64,000 bases of DNA from Balanoglossus misakiensis. Lineage: Eukaryota; Animalia; Hemichordata. Below are positions 1-14,040 of the stretch, one piece after another (within the stretch, counting starts at the first letter, position 1; each line of letters opens with the position of its first letter). The stretch spans positions 6,931,677 to 6,995,676 of the forward strand of contig CM082592.2 in assembly GCA_040954595.2 (NCBI GenBank). Direction: 5' to 3'. Below the pieces are notes generated by a model. The model was not told where the DNA came from, did not search any database, and worked only from the letters and a program-made list of their open reading frames with translations. A program made the position numbers and the translations under genes.

Positions 1-2979
1 GTTACATCTTTTAACACAGGAAGAGCATTTTCCATGAGGAGATCGAGGAAGGCGCAAGATTTCCTGTTTATCCGGCGGTGAAATTTACGAAGGCTCCACT
101 CACCGCCGGCAAATCTGTCACCACAAGCAGATCAAGCCGATGTAAAGAAGGCCTCTAAACCAATCACCAGTTGTCAACATGTCAACGGGCATTAGCGCAG
201 TCAACGAGTACAGACACTCATGCAGGGTTAAACGTAATTATTTTTTGTTTCGAGGTGATAATTTCTCCTGTCCTGGGCCATCTTAAGTAAATTTATCTTT
301 ACGACCATAATTAAGGGCTTTACGGTCCCTTGTCTTGCCAGTGATAAACTGAAGATGAATTTTCCCATTCTCAGTTTCTCCCCACCATGCAGAACCGCAC
401 CAGCATTATTTAGAAGTTAATGTTCAACTAAAAACCTCATCTCTTTTATTGTACATTGTACAGTGCATCTCTTTTATTGTACATTGTACAGTGCGTGTGC
501 AACGGTTATTATCTGAATGCAAGGATTCTACCCACCACACAACTGCACAATTACGAAAATCCAATTGGCTGTTTCTATGGTATTATGAGATTAGCACACT
601 TTCCTATTATCCTTGCCTTTGTAGTTGCTCGGTTTTCACATACTCGTGTACAGTGAGTGTACAGCTGACAAGAACTGTCTTTGGCTCTACGTGGTCTCGC
701 TCTTATATTTTTCTCCCCGAACTAATTAATTGTAAATCAGGTCTGAAAACACACACCCAGACATAAACATGCAGAAGAAATCGGACAAGTCTTTTACTCC
801 CCTTGGAAACAAACATGCGTAAATTTGGAGGGACGACCACACAAGATTATGGCCAGATGTGGATAGCTTCAGTGCACAGACTAGCCCGCGGTTTGAAATC
901 GGTTTTCATTTCATTGCAAAACTGCACAGCAAAATCATTCATGCCGGGGTTTATTCTTTGGCTGAATTATTTTTTTTCTCCATACGCTACATCTCTAGGT
1001 ACCCCGACTCCTTTTTTCCTGAAACACTGACATCATCTCCGAGTTCCATCTTTCCCCAACACATCCTAACGTCACCACAAACGCCATCTCAAGTTGCCTC
1101 CACTAGCACTCGGAATGCAAATTCACAAAATGTTTGGTCACGGGGTCAGTTATGTGAAAGGGATATTTTCCCCCTACTTGACAATTTCTCTTTCAATACG
1201 CACACACCGAGTACCTCACTAGAATACTGATAAGCCCCCTTTTCCAAAGAAAATCACAAGCTAAACCCCATTCAATTTTGATTTCATTCTGATGTATACC
1301 ATTTCTCTATGAAGAAATGTACATAGCACCTGCCCACACTCTGCAATTCTGTCATTTTTTTCTCAGTTGAAAAATCATCACGGCGAAAAGTCACATTTAA
1401 AATGGAAGCTGGCCTGATATTAATACATAATGAATATCAAATTTTATGTAAAGCATTGTAACCCCCTCCCCAGATAAATTCATGTATAATGTGAAAGAGA
1501 CTAGGCTGAACAAATTCTGTGAATAAATGCATCAGCTATATTTTGGTGTAGACAAAAAACACCATTTAGAAAATTAATTACTTTAATTTAAGTCAAATTG
1601 ACTTAAATTAATTTAATTTAATTTAATAAAACAAGCTGACCCAGAGCTAAGTTAGGGTCATGGCAAAAAATGCTGGTATTTGTGTTTGAGCAGTATAGAG
1701 TCATCAAATTTTCTTTTATCAGCCATGCTCATACAATTACATTATACACTCATGTTGTTCTTTGAAACAATTCAATTAAACCTCTGACAACCTACGTACA
1801 TGTATCTACAGACGTGTCTCCCTGTTGTGACTGTACCCCCCACCCCCACCCCCACCCACACGACAATTGGCCTCCTTTGAATCATGCGACACAACCCTGC
1901 GGTCATTTCCTGTTAATATCGGGATTCACGATTCCGTGCCGTGCATAAAAAAAGTCCAGTCCTGTACAGTAACGACCAACCAACCCCCGACAGGGGCCCG
2001 CCACTCAGCCAACAACACAATCAGTTCTGAGGTAACCCTATTTGCGACTCCCTGACACCAACAGATAATGACTGCACCAATCTCTCAAAAGATAAACTCC
2101 GTCTGATTGACAGCTGTCCAAGATTGATGGAAAAACAAGACACTTGCATTCAGGAAGGAAATGCAAAGTTGGAGAAGAACAAAAAATAGCACTATTCGCG
2201 AAAATCACTTCTGTATCAGTGGTTTATATACACGCCATACGGCTGAGAACATGTGCAGACGATATCAAAGTAATGAGGCCCCAAAAATATTAATACATCA
2301 CCTAAACAAAACATATGCTTTCTAACAGTAATTCTGTAAGTCAGAAAATTGAAATCAGAGATTTCACATCAGAAAATATTAATGCACATCACAAGGAAGA
2401 CAGATGGACTCAAGCGGGATTCAATTCAGAGGTCCATTCTCGGCTTAAACTAAGCAGTAGATCAATGTTATTTATTCATTAACTATGTCTGGAATCAGTT
2501 TTTATTAGTCTAGCTTCTGAGTAATTCATGCTCAGGGGTGCAAAGATGAAGACTGTCAACTCTACATGATGACGTATAAATTTCTTTTCTTTTTTTTGGG
2601 GGGGGGGGAGGACCCTCTTGGATCTGCTTCTCTTACTTTTAGGAACATTAGTCTAAAATCTCTCGACATTATTCATATTTTGTGACAAGTTATTCATTTG
2701 GTTCCCTTTAGTTTACTAAAATAGGCTGATCAAGTCCCTAGTTATCAAGAAAGCTAATCATACTGTTTGTTGACATAATATGTTGAAAAATACTTCAGTG
2801 ACATGATTAATGGTCCATACCAAAAATCAGTCAAGTATTTTTATCACAGACAGGCACGTGACATGCCTGTACTCGTGTATGTGTCATGTAGAGTAGGATA
2901 TGTCCAAACTGGACACCAAAGGGAATGAGCAATTTGTGAGAAATTAGTTGGGTTTATACAGGGTCTTACATGTGGGAGT

Positions 2980-3082
2980 ATGTATGCATGCATGCACGTG
3001 TGTGTATGTCCATATCATGCATGCATATATACATGATGTATGTATGTATGTACATGTATATGTGTGTATGCATGTGTACAGT
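2980..3082. repeat. Degenerate (TATG/CATG/TGTG)n simple repeat
   Basis: Alternating purine-pyrimidine tract visible directly. Confidence 0.8.
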
Positions 3083-6000
3083 ATGGTGAGATTAGAGCTT
3101 TCAATTGCCAACTAATAATTCATCAAATTACAGTAATAAAGCATAACATACCGAACTTCCCACAAACAAAATAATGTCAACAAACAGAAACCTTGCAGTA
3201 ATTACAACACCCTGATATGTAGTAGATCATTATTATGCTCCCTGACAGGGCAATTCGAATGTAAGGTCATCTAAACATTTATCAGTAAACTGGTCTTTTC
3301 CACTCAGGGCCTGACATCCACAGAAACAGTATTTGCACAATATAAACAGAGGCAAGTTGTGGCCAAACTCTACAGACTGTAAGTGTAACAGTAATGACCA
3401 GCACATTGATTTACGTCATGTATTTGTAACAGCACAGGACAAAACAAAACATGTATGTATTACAACCAGCGCATACAATATGTTTCAGGACATGTGCATT
3501 TCTATGGCTTCCGTTTCAGGCTTTGTCAGAAAACGCGACACACGAAACACAATTTCATCACACAAGACAGCAATTGCAGCATACTCGACGGGTTGACGTA
3601 TGGTTTTATTGAAATGTTTGAAGACTAGAAGCAACACACACGAAAAACCTTGACAAGCCCTTAGGTAATGTAGGATTATTACTGAAAACTAAAACAATAC
3701 ATTTTGACCATTACTACCGGTATTATGAGATTACAGAAAAAAAAATCTATTCTACAATCATTCATAATGATATTGCTGATTTCTAGGACTTCATATGTAC
3801 AGTTTAATACAAATATCTCTACAAAGCCCAAACTGAGTGTAACCCTTGTATCAATATGTGTTCAGAGATAAGATAGGAAAAACAGGAGCAGCCCCCAAAT
3901 GACTTCAAAGCTGTTTATCTCCTGATGTGCAAAAACTCACAGCCCATCAAAAGATTTATTTGCTATCTCTCGCTGTTGAGCCCCTGCGTCATATTACAGA
4001 ATGACAAGGAACTGAAAATGACACAACATCCTGAAAGCCGAAACGGACGACAACCACAGATTTTAATCGCAGAATGTTTTTCAAATAAATTAAGTCTGTT
4101 TTTGTTTTAAACTCAAGTGTAACAACCGAGGACGTGTATAATCAGCGTTCTGGAAAAACACTCAGACTGGATAAAAAAAAGTCTGATGTTTGGTATCTCG
4201 GAGAGCGCTTCAATTGAGTTGCGACTCCCTGTCGTCTCTCGTCCGGCCACCATGCTTGTATAAAGGTCATTTGCATTTGGCCGTCCTCAGGATCAACTTT
4301 GGGTTTATCGGCACGGGTCTGCAAAGGGGTCAGGGGTCGTCGCACGTTTTTTTCTGGTCTTCAAATTCAGATAAAACACAACGAGATAGCCAGCCAGCCA
4401 GCCAGCTAACCAGCCGAATTCTGAAAACACTATCTAGTGTTTCCTTTGTTGTTTGTTTTCTTGCAGAAATCACTGCAGCCCTTGTGTCAATATGCGTAAA
4501 GGCTTACGCTACACCACAGTGAGACTGAATAAACTCCTCATTAGTGTACAGTTAAGGGTCTCTCCCCAATCCTTCAAAACTACTGCGCCTTTGATATTGA
4601 CAGAAAAACAACCAAAGCCTGTCTTCGGTGTGAGACAGACATGACTGTTAGTAGACACTCGGATCTTGTTTGGTTTGTCTGAATAAACACGAAAGTTGAA
4701 GAAGAAAAATCGGGTACAAATGTATACTGAAGGCAAATAACCAGACCAAGTTTTGCACTGGAATTTAGATTTTCTCTGTAACAAAAACAAAATGGACTGA
4801 TGCAATTTCATCTCCAACATTTCGATTCTATTTTCAACGTTGTCACACAAGATGATTCAGTTGTATCACACAGAATAACACGCTTTCAATGATTAATACA
4901 AACATGAGCAACTGATCTGTTCATCTTCAGCACTTGAAATGGGCAAATTTGTATCTTATCACACTATTTGGTCAACACAGGTGAACTAGATAGTACTTTA
5001 CAGTTGTATCTCAAAAGCACACAAGGTTAGATTTCAGTCACATACAGAGGCAGGTTGTAGTTGTCTACCCATGTTCTAAAAAAAGAAACGGTCTAAAATC
5101 TCATTCCTGAAATAATGAGGGCACTGTATTTATGGAACACCTTGGACATGACCAACAAACCCAGACAAAAATTGACATCAAGCCACGCCAACCAATCCGA
5201 TCAGTCTAGCCATCCAACCGTTAAACGTTTTCATGTAAACACCATGGGTGTAACAACTCATAAAGGTCTGAAAAATGTAGCTGCTGGAATATTTGCATAT
5301 CACCATGGTAACCGCCCATCAAACGAGCAGAACTGGGCTGCAATTAAAGTATTTATGCCATGGTAACAGGGGACTGTTACATAAGTTGCACTGTCTAGCT
5401 GACGTGAGGATTAATTTCATGGCTGCAGTTTTTTCTTTTGTCGTATTTATTCCACGGCAGCTGTGTGCGAAATGTGCTGGCACGTTGACTAACTGACACC
5501 CTTGACCTTGAGGGGGCTAAAAAATTCAATAAATTCAAAGGTTCCAGATAAAAGCTCCCCTCCCTGACAGCGAATGGTTCAAACCCCAGGAGAAGCCAGC
5601 TTCTGTACCCAGACCTTAGGAATTCAACAATCAAAGCAAAATATACACAGATAAAATTACATAAACAACATCAGATGATATCAACAACTTCTTATTTGTG
5701 AAACTCATATCATACTTTTCTTAACATTTGCTGAATCTGTGCGATCTGTGAAAAGTACATATTTGCGTTTTGTTTCTAGGAGCTCCCCGCGGTAACTTCA
5801 GGGATGTCGGCCACTTGAGTGCGTGGCTAAAATTTCTTGCTTAATTACCCGGTTGCAGTGGGCTTGAATTGATTAAACACAAAAGAACGTGCTAAACAAC
5901 TGTCCTTGTAAAAGGTACAGGGGGGGAAAAAAGACACAAACTATGCCTGCGCACCACTAACGGTAACAAGAGCATTCAATGGGCCAGGAAGTGCTTCAGA

Positions 6001-9000
6001 TGCCACATAATGGCGAAACGGTACGGCCGTGCGTTTTTTTGTTTTTTCTTCTCCCCTTCTCCTTCAAAAGAGTCCAGTTTCCCAGCTTCCCACTGCAATG
6101 TTTGCGAAACCTGACTCGGTGAAAAGAGAACTATATGCGAGCATGATTGAATCAGAATGTCGGCCCCGTAATCACCCAGCGCACAGACGTGCGTCTCCCT
6201 ATAAAATCAATGAGTGTTTTTTTTTATCCGATATATTATTTCAGCGACTGGTGTTAATTCACGACTGACACCGCCTCGTAACGCAGCTACGCGGAGGAGA
6301 GGCTATGCACACACCTTTGAACTGTGTGCATGACTCAGAGTCAACTCCAGCCCAGTTTACTTTCAATTCTTAATCTCTTCAATGATGTTCCCATTACAAG
6401 AAGTATAGTGACATATTCGCCGAGTCAGTCTAGCTTACCCAGACAGACACCTGTGCCTGAAATGGACTATTAGAGTAAACTTGTATCTTACACTCCATTT
6501 CGAACAATATTTTTGGTGAAATTTGATTCAGTAGTGTTGCATGTTTTTTATCAAGATTTTGCAAACAGACAGCATTCAGAAACAATCCCAGGTAACTCTC
6601 GAAATATACCTTCCGCCCAACATTAGTGTACACGTCCAAACAATTCATTCACTCGTCCGTTGCACTGCCACAGCTAACCCTGAAAAAGCAATACTCGCCC
6701 ACAAACAAAACCTCAGTCTGCTGAGCGGCACCTTCAAAGGGAAAAAAGTGGCCGGGGCGCGTACACGTATAGTATGTTTTATGGCCGTATTAAAGAGTGC
6801 ATTCACAGGATCGCTGAAACATTTCAGTGGTGACCGCGCAAGGACGCAACTGGTCGGGCTACTTATGGGAATTAGGCTATACAGCCTTATAAAAAGCCAC
6901 TGATCCCAACGTCCAGCCGAGAACAATGTCCCCACGGTGGTGGTTAGCATAGCGGTCAATTGACATTTCTCAAAAGTTGTTTACTGTTTGGCATCTCGCT
7001 GGTTCCCCCAAGAGAGACACCACTGACTTGACAAGCCCGAACACCAGTTATTGCCTTCTTTTGAATACTCTACCATAACTGCAGATGCTCCCAACAACTT
7101 AGCATGAACGTGATAAACACTTCACTCCTCTAGAAACACAAATTGTAGTGTCCGCTGGCGTTCATATCTGATACAGATACTGCCACTAAAACTGTAAAAG
7201 TCTACAAAAAGACTTGTCTTTTTTGTACATGTTTATCATTGAAAAAGATACTCTAGAACCAACTAGTAGCGACCAATGACCTTACATAATTTTGGAATGT
7301 AATTTTGAAAGAAAGAAAAAAAGAATAGGCGATTTTGCACAGACCCATAATTATTCGCTTAGCGCAAAATTTATTATTGATAACTGCGCGTTGGGCCCGA
7401 GAGAATACATGTGAATTAGATGTCTTTGCCACTTATGCTTCACCAGGATTCCATGCAACAACAGAGAGGGGGGATAATAACAATCACTGTCACACTCCGC
7501 AAGGAGGGGGAGGGGCCAGACATTTTACAGGGAGGAAGGCGCCAGAAATGATGGGGGCTGAATTTGACGCATAGGAAGTGGGAAAGGAGATATATGAAGG
7601 TTATTTTGATGGATTTAGACTATACTCGGTAACAAGAGTTCATAGCTTTAGCTAATATGAAATTTATAGGTGTACATCAGCAGGTCTTATTTTCAGTTTA
7701 GTCCAGTGAATATGGAAAATCGATATTTATTCAGAAAAAATAAATGTACCATCTTTGTGCATGCACTTTCTTCGCCGATTTAAAATAGCACAGTGAGGAC
7801 GTGATGTTTAAAATAAATAACCCTGCAAGAACATATGCTGGTATCCAGGTATGTTTTCACGCTTGTAGCTTTAGAGTGGGCGATACAATGAGCGCAGTGT
7901 TGTTGCGTTAGAGAATGTCAACCCAGACACATCCTTGGCTCAGTCATTCAACAACATTGCTGGCTCTCTCTGGCTATACACACAAAACGCACGTACGCAC
8001 ACAATCGGGGCGACCACTAGCCACTACTACGACTAGTACTACAGCATGTCTGCATCGCCACGGAGACCGGCGCAATTAAATGAAATAATTGAGTTGTGTC
8101 AAACAGCACACAGCTGCAGCGGAGGCACACTCGAACAAAAAAAAAAGAACGCAGAGGCAATACTTGCGTTGCTGGGCACAGACGCGACACAGAAATTCGA
8201 AGCTCACGTTTCGATCGGCCGACTCCCCGGGTTAAAAGAACCTAACAGATTACCCCCCACAAAACTCATAAGAGATACAAACCCGTTGTTCTCGTAAACG
8301 GCTGTACTATGCAACACACCCCGGCATTTCACAGCATTTCAAGCAGAATGCCATTGTCCACAAGTAGCCCTGTGTGTCGAGTCGAACAGCCGGCAACAAA
8401 CCGGCGGACAAGTCTTTTTTTTTTTTCTTTCTTTCACGCTAGTCAAACCTTGTAAGTTTCCCACTTGAAGCAAATTGCTTGCTCCTGAAATCCCACTTCA
8501 TCTCGCACATAAAAGATGTGAATCGTTTTATTAACACCGGGGATTTTCACCGCCAACCTTTTTTTTGTGGTGTCACGTTACTAACTCACTGCATTGCACT
8601 TTAGGCCGCTCACAGCCATGGCATTTGGTCAGTGGCAGGGCTTTTCCTACACAACACACAATAATCCACCATCACTGACTAAAACCAGGCTCGCATGAAA
8701 AAAACACCTGACTTCAGAAAACTCAGGCGTCACGTAGGCATCTGCACATTATGAAATAAACGTGTGGGGTAACCGTTGCTAAACTACCTTCCCCTTAAAC
8801 ATCAAACACTACTGCAGACGGCCGCCGACTTGAACTTTGCTTATCTAATAATCTGAAACGGCTATATTTCATATTTATGTGCCCTATAGGAAGACACTCA
8901 ACCCAAAATACCATCCACAATATCAAGTGACTGATCTTTTGGCTTTAAGATGTCATTCAACTCTGTGCTGTGTTTAGTATTTTAGTATTCAGCCAGTGTA

Positions 9001-9039
9001 TACTTTTGAGCAAACCTGTTCTGTTATATAGCCATCACT

Positions 9040-10070
9040 TGTCTCTGTTTGCCCACTGCTGCCTCTAGACTTCACGCCAACCCTCTGTTCATCCTCACCC
9101 CCCCCCCCTCATCTCTCTGTCTCAAACCTCTCCCTACATCTTCACATCTTTCTAATCCATCCTCTTCTCTCTGCTCGTCTATCTCCATCCATCTCCTTAT
9201 CCATCTCCCCACCTGCCAGCCTGCTTGTCTCAATCACTTGTTCTCTGCAATTTATTGCATGCTAACCATCTATCTGCCATGCAATGCATCATCTTTACGT
9301 CTGCCCCCATCGTCCCTGCATCTCGCTTCATCCATACTTCAGTCTCTCGTCAATTCCTCAATATGCCTACATGTATCGTCTTCAAATTATTCGTTTAGCT
9401 TTTTCGCAATCTGTCACAGCACTTCCAGGTTTCCACTGAGTGTCCAGCTTTGTATCACCCTCTGTCACAGCTACATGTACCATCATACCTTGTGTCTCTG
9501 CCTCTCTACATGTCTCCTACCCTGGGCTCATCTGTCACGATTATACCATGATCAATCCTTGTGTCACTGACTGTGTCTCTGTATCGTCTCACAATGTCTG
9601 TATTCATCTCTATCGCTGTTACCACCAGTCTGTGCACCAGAGTCTCTCTATACAATGTCTGCTCTCCCAGTCGGTGTTCATCTGTCACTCTTACTACATG
9701 TACTACTACTAGTCTTACCATCAATCCTTGTATCACTGGTTCTCTAGGCATTTCTCAGTCCTACCCCTTTGTTAATCAGTCAGTATTCATCAGTCACTGT
9801 TTCCATTAATCCTTGTATTACTGTCTCTCCACCGGTATGTGTCTCACAGCCTGTGACAGTATCTGAGCATGTCTTTATCATGTCTCACAGCTTGTCTGTG
9901 TTCATCTCATTCGCTGTTACCATCAATCCTTGTCTGTCTCTCTATACATGTTGTCTCGGTGTCTGTCTGTGTGCCTCCACACTGTTCCCTTCCCACGTCT
10001 TATAATCAACCTACCAGTCTATACCTCTCTTCTCTTCCCATACGTCTCACCCTGTGTGTTTGTGTCCGCG
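9040..10070. repeat. Pyrimidine-rich low-complexity region / degenerate minisatellite
   Basis: Strong C/T skew on the plus strand; recurring unit resembling CCATCAATCCTTGT(G/A)TCACTG near 9550, 9718, 9804 and 9920. Confidence 0.7.
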
Positions 10071-12292
10071 TACTCGTTTCGGCACAATTACAGTTTAATA
10101 GTAATACTCCCCAGAATAAGATGGAATCTCTGCATATGTACAACCTATGCAGAACATCATCCATTAGACACCATTCTTGTTCTAGGGAATATTAAAGTTT
10201 AATCTGCAATCTTATGCTTTTTTTTCTCCTCAACCACTTTCATGTGCAAGACTTAACCCATCTCCCATGCAATTTTATGCCCCCAATTCGACAAGAGGGC
10301 TGGGTTCATCGCCACTAATACTGTGTCTGTAATTGCAAATGTCATTTCCCCTAAAGGGCGAGACACTCTCAAAGGCAGATTTCCAGTTCACACAAAGAGC
10401 CAGTTTCTCAAAAGGCAATCTTCTAACTGTAAGCCTTTTCAAGGGTGAAGACCCGTTTGACAAGGAGTCTACCCGGTAAGCTGTGGGGACGTGTGCATAT
10501 ATATATGTATGTGAAGTGAGAATTCTCACAAGGTCAGATGCAGCGTGCAGGCGCATGTATGTATGACACACCACAGAGAATAACATGATAATTGATTTGG
10601 ACCATAGACATTGGCACATGCACAGCGTTGTGCATTCTATAAATGCTGTCTGGCTGCTGCACTTGTACATATGGCCTCAAAATTGTCACCAGAAATTAAT
10701 TGGGAATGTGCTATTTTTATCAACATAACACAATAGCCTTCCGCAACCCCACCCACCATCCATGGAGGCAGGTTGGTTTATAGTCTATATCACAAGTATG
10801 ACTGTTGGCTCGAGTTTACCCATTATGACCTGTGTTTAACAATTGAATGATTCTTTTTTCTCATTACAGATGAAACTACACTGGCTAAAAAATCTTCTGT
10901 TATACATCACATTTTAGAAGTAGCCATAGTCTGTGGTGTGATACCACATTATCATATCATGATGAAGCCTGAAGTCGTACACCTGATGCAGTGCAATAGC
11001 TGGTGCCAGTATTGTCATTCATTCACTTGCCAGTCGTGGGGCTCACTTGTGGCAACAACTGTCATTTTAAATCAACAGTGGTCTCCAACTAGACTTTGTG
11101 TAAGTATTAGGGTGTACAAGACATAATTCGGCTAAACCAACATCATATTTTGATACCCTAAGTATCTGCACCCACAGATAAAATAATACGCCTAAATTGC
11201 ATTTTTTTAACCTCAGGAATAATTCCCTCCACACGACCAAAGACACCTGACACATACAACACAAAACCAAACAAAACATCCACGACAAGACAATTAATCA
11301 CAGCACCCACTACACAAACAGGAAATTAACTGCCTTTGTTTCTAGTCTGACCTTTAACCCTGGGGGAAATCTAGCGAGCGTTCCTCCTGTAACGTGAACG
11401 ACCTTGGGACTAGTAAATAAATGTGAAATATTCCGACAGAAGCTTCACGATTAGCTTTCGTTGCCCCTAAATCTTGTCCCACTAAAAATATAAGGGAACT
11501 CGCGTGGGTTCAATCACAGAACGAATTTTCGCTGTACTGATGTGACACAACAGCTGTACAGCACTTGAGCGAAGCCATGGAGATTGGATTCGACATTCTC
11601 CATTCAAAAACGTCGCATTTCACTGTCTATATATTTTTTTCATTCATTCGGGATTGAGATTCTAAAATAGTTTAACAAATGGGGAACCACCTCGTATATT
11701 TTCCTCCACAACTTTCACTGCTGGCTTTACATCTGTAAGTGTTCGGTGAACTGAAAGGCTGGGCTAATTAGCTGTGCAGTTCTTTTTAAAAATTTCTATG
11801 TAGTGCGGCAGCCATATTTGTTGTGTATTTGCGAAGTCTGTTGCAAATTTGAGAGCAGTGCCAAATACCTGACCTTTCAGTGACCGCCTGCAACCGAACA
11901 GACGATGGCAAGCAATCTCTGCTTTCTGCACTATCGATAATTTGAGCTGTTTGAATTGATGGGCTGAGTAATTAAACACAATCGACATGCCTTGTCGCCG
12001 ATTGTTCCGAGACTCACTGTAACTTGTGAGGTGTGATATTTTTTAACGATCGAGAGTAGCCATCAGTTGAAAAAAAGATGAAAACCCTGAGTGAAGGGGA
12101 TGTACCACACATTCTTGGGTCTCCACTAAACCATTCGTAGTTTAAATTTGATACAATGCACGGCGTAATAAACGTGCAATTAATACAATTATGGTTTAAC
12201 TTTCGGCTTACACAGTGAGATAGCACTCGAGAGGGTATATGGTCGTACGGCTACGAGCCACAAAGACGACTTGTGTGCGGAAGCGTACGTAC

Positions 12293-12547
12293 CTCTAGCG
12301 CCCCAAGTGTACAATAGCTGGATATTGCAAATCCATCGATGATATCTTCTTCGTGAGAGCTAGAGCTACGTCTCCGTTTGTGTCTGTGCCTGGATCTTTC
12401 CCTTTCTCTCAACGGTGGTGTCTCATTTTCATCGTCGTCCCCACTCCCAATATCGTGATGATGATTGTGTTGTTGTTGCTGTTTCATTTCGGCAGCTCTC
12501 TCCCGTCTCTTGTGTCGCTGGGATCGCTGCTTGGCGTCACCCTCCAT
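12293..12547 (-). CDS. AUTS2: AUTS2/FBRSL1/tay-family protein, first coding exon (85 aa; remainder of gene off the left edge)
   Basis: Translates to MEGDAKQRSQRHKRRER...[28 protein letters not shown], matching the N-terminal AUTS2-family motif (human AUTS2 [20 protein letters not shown]). It ends at a phase-0 donor GAG|GTACGT (GT at 12292-12291). No further exon was recognised in 1-12292. Confidence 0.88.
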
Positions 12548-12979
12548 CGGAAACTCCTTCACGGTACTCCGTGCGCTGTAGACTCTCCGCTCCGCCAACT
12601 CTGGGTGAAAATTCGTCCAATAAATCCGCCAATATCAGTCTGAAATACCGACGACAACTTCACGAATCGGCATGATCTTGAAAACCCTCTGACCCTGACA
12701 GCGGAGAGATACACGCACAAAAGAAGTAGGTCGGTGTGTACTTCCGCCGGTTGCAAAAACGTAGGCCCGTGCTTTTCCCAAAAGAAATGCCTTTGCGCAA
12801 AATCATATCCCGGTGCCGATTAACATGGAAATGTTTCCAAATCTATGTGCGCTCTTCAGTTAACAGCACTTCATAAAACCATCATTATCAGCGAGAGGCC
12901 GAAGTTTGTTGAAAATAATTCCCGTGGGTTGTCTGCCCACAAAGAAGAGTTTAGGACTAGACCATAGGAGCAGTTTCAC
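12548..12979 (-). other. Putative 5' UTR portion of the AUTS2-like ATG exon
   Basis: Minus-strand pyrimidine-rich acceptor TTGTCCTGTTGTCTTATGGTTTGACAG|GTG at 12980/12979. Candidate upstream donors (GTGAGT) lie near 16757 and 17535. Confidence 0.45.
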
Positions 12980-13432
12980 CTGTCAAACCATAAGACAACA
13001 GGACAACATTCACTTCATACTTTCCCTGGACAATGTATACTTGCAAACCAGGAGTTTGGTATACCGCATAATCGTGTGATATGCATATTTTACATTATTC
13101 CCGGTGAATCACTCCACCCAAATGAGCCATATTACTTTGAATAGCGATCCCAGTGGTCCATTAAAAATGAAACACCCCCGCTTCTGGAAGCAGCCTTAAG
13201 AACTGAAATTTGTCCCGAATAAAATGTTTACTGACAGTGCGCATTGGTGAGAAACTGTCCTCGTTAACAATCAAGTTAAAGAGGTAACATTATCTATCTT
13301 ACAATTATAACACACCCATATTGCGTATAATTCAAATGTATTTGACCACTGCACCCTATTTCTCTGTCCTTGAAAACGGTGGGAGACGGGCAAAGAATGG
13401 CGATGAAAAGGTTAATACGTGTTCACTTCTTT

Positions 13433-14040
13433 TCACCACCACCACCATAATCTTCATCACCAACAACATCATCATAACCACCACCATCATCACCACCACC
13501 ACCACCACCACCACCACCACCATCATCATCTTCATCACCAACATCATCATCATCATCATCATCACCACCATCACCATCTTCATCACCATCACCACCACCA
13601 TCACCACCACCACCACCACCACCACCACCACCACCATCATCATCACCATCATCATCATAACCACCATCATCATCTTCATCACCACCAACATCATCATCAT
13701 CACCACCACCACCACCATCATCATCATAACCACCATCATCATCTTCATCACCACCACCATCACCAACACCATCATCATCATAACCACCATCATCATCTTC
13801 ATCACCACCACCATCATCACCACCACCACCACCATCATCATCACCACCATCATCTTCATCACCACCACCACCATCATCATCACCACCATCATCTTCATCA
13901 GCACCACCACCATCATCTTCATCACCACCACCACCACCATAATCTTCATCACCATCGCACCACCACTACCATCATCAACTTTATCATTATCACCATCATC
14001 ACCGCACCACCATTACCATCAGCAGCATCACTACCATTGC
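13433..14040. repeat. Compound (CAC/CAT)n trinucleotide microsatellite, ~600 bp
   Basis: Directly visible ACC/ATC triplets with in-register TTC, AAC and ATA interruptions. It explains the poly-His, poly-Thr/Ile and poly-Met/Val ORFs. Confidence 0.97.

Noticed and set aside
9049-10202. Overlapping Ser/Leu/Cys-rich ORFs
   Set aside because: They arise from pyrimidine-rich low-complexity repeat sequence.
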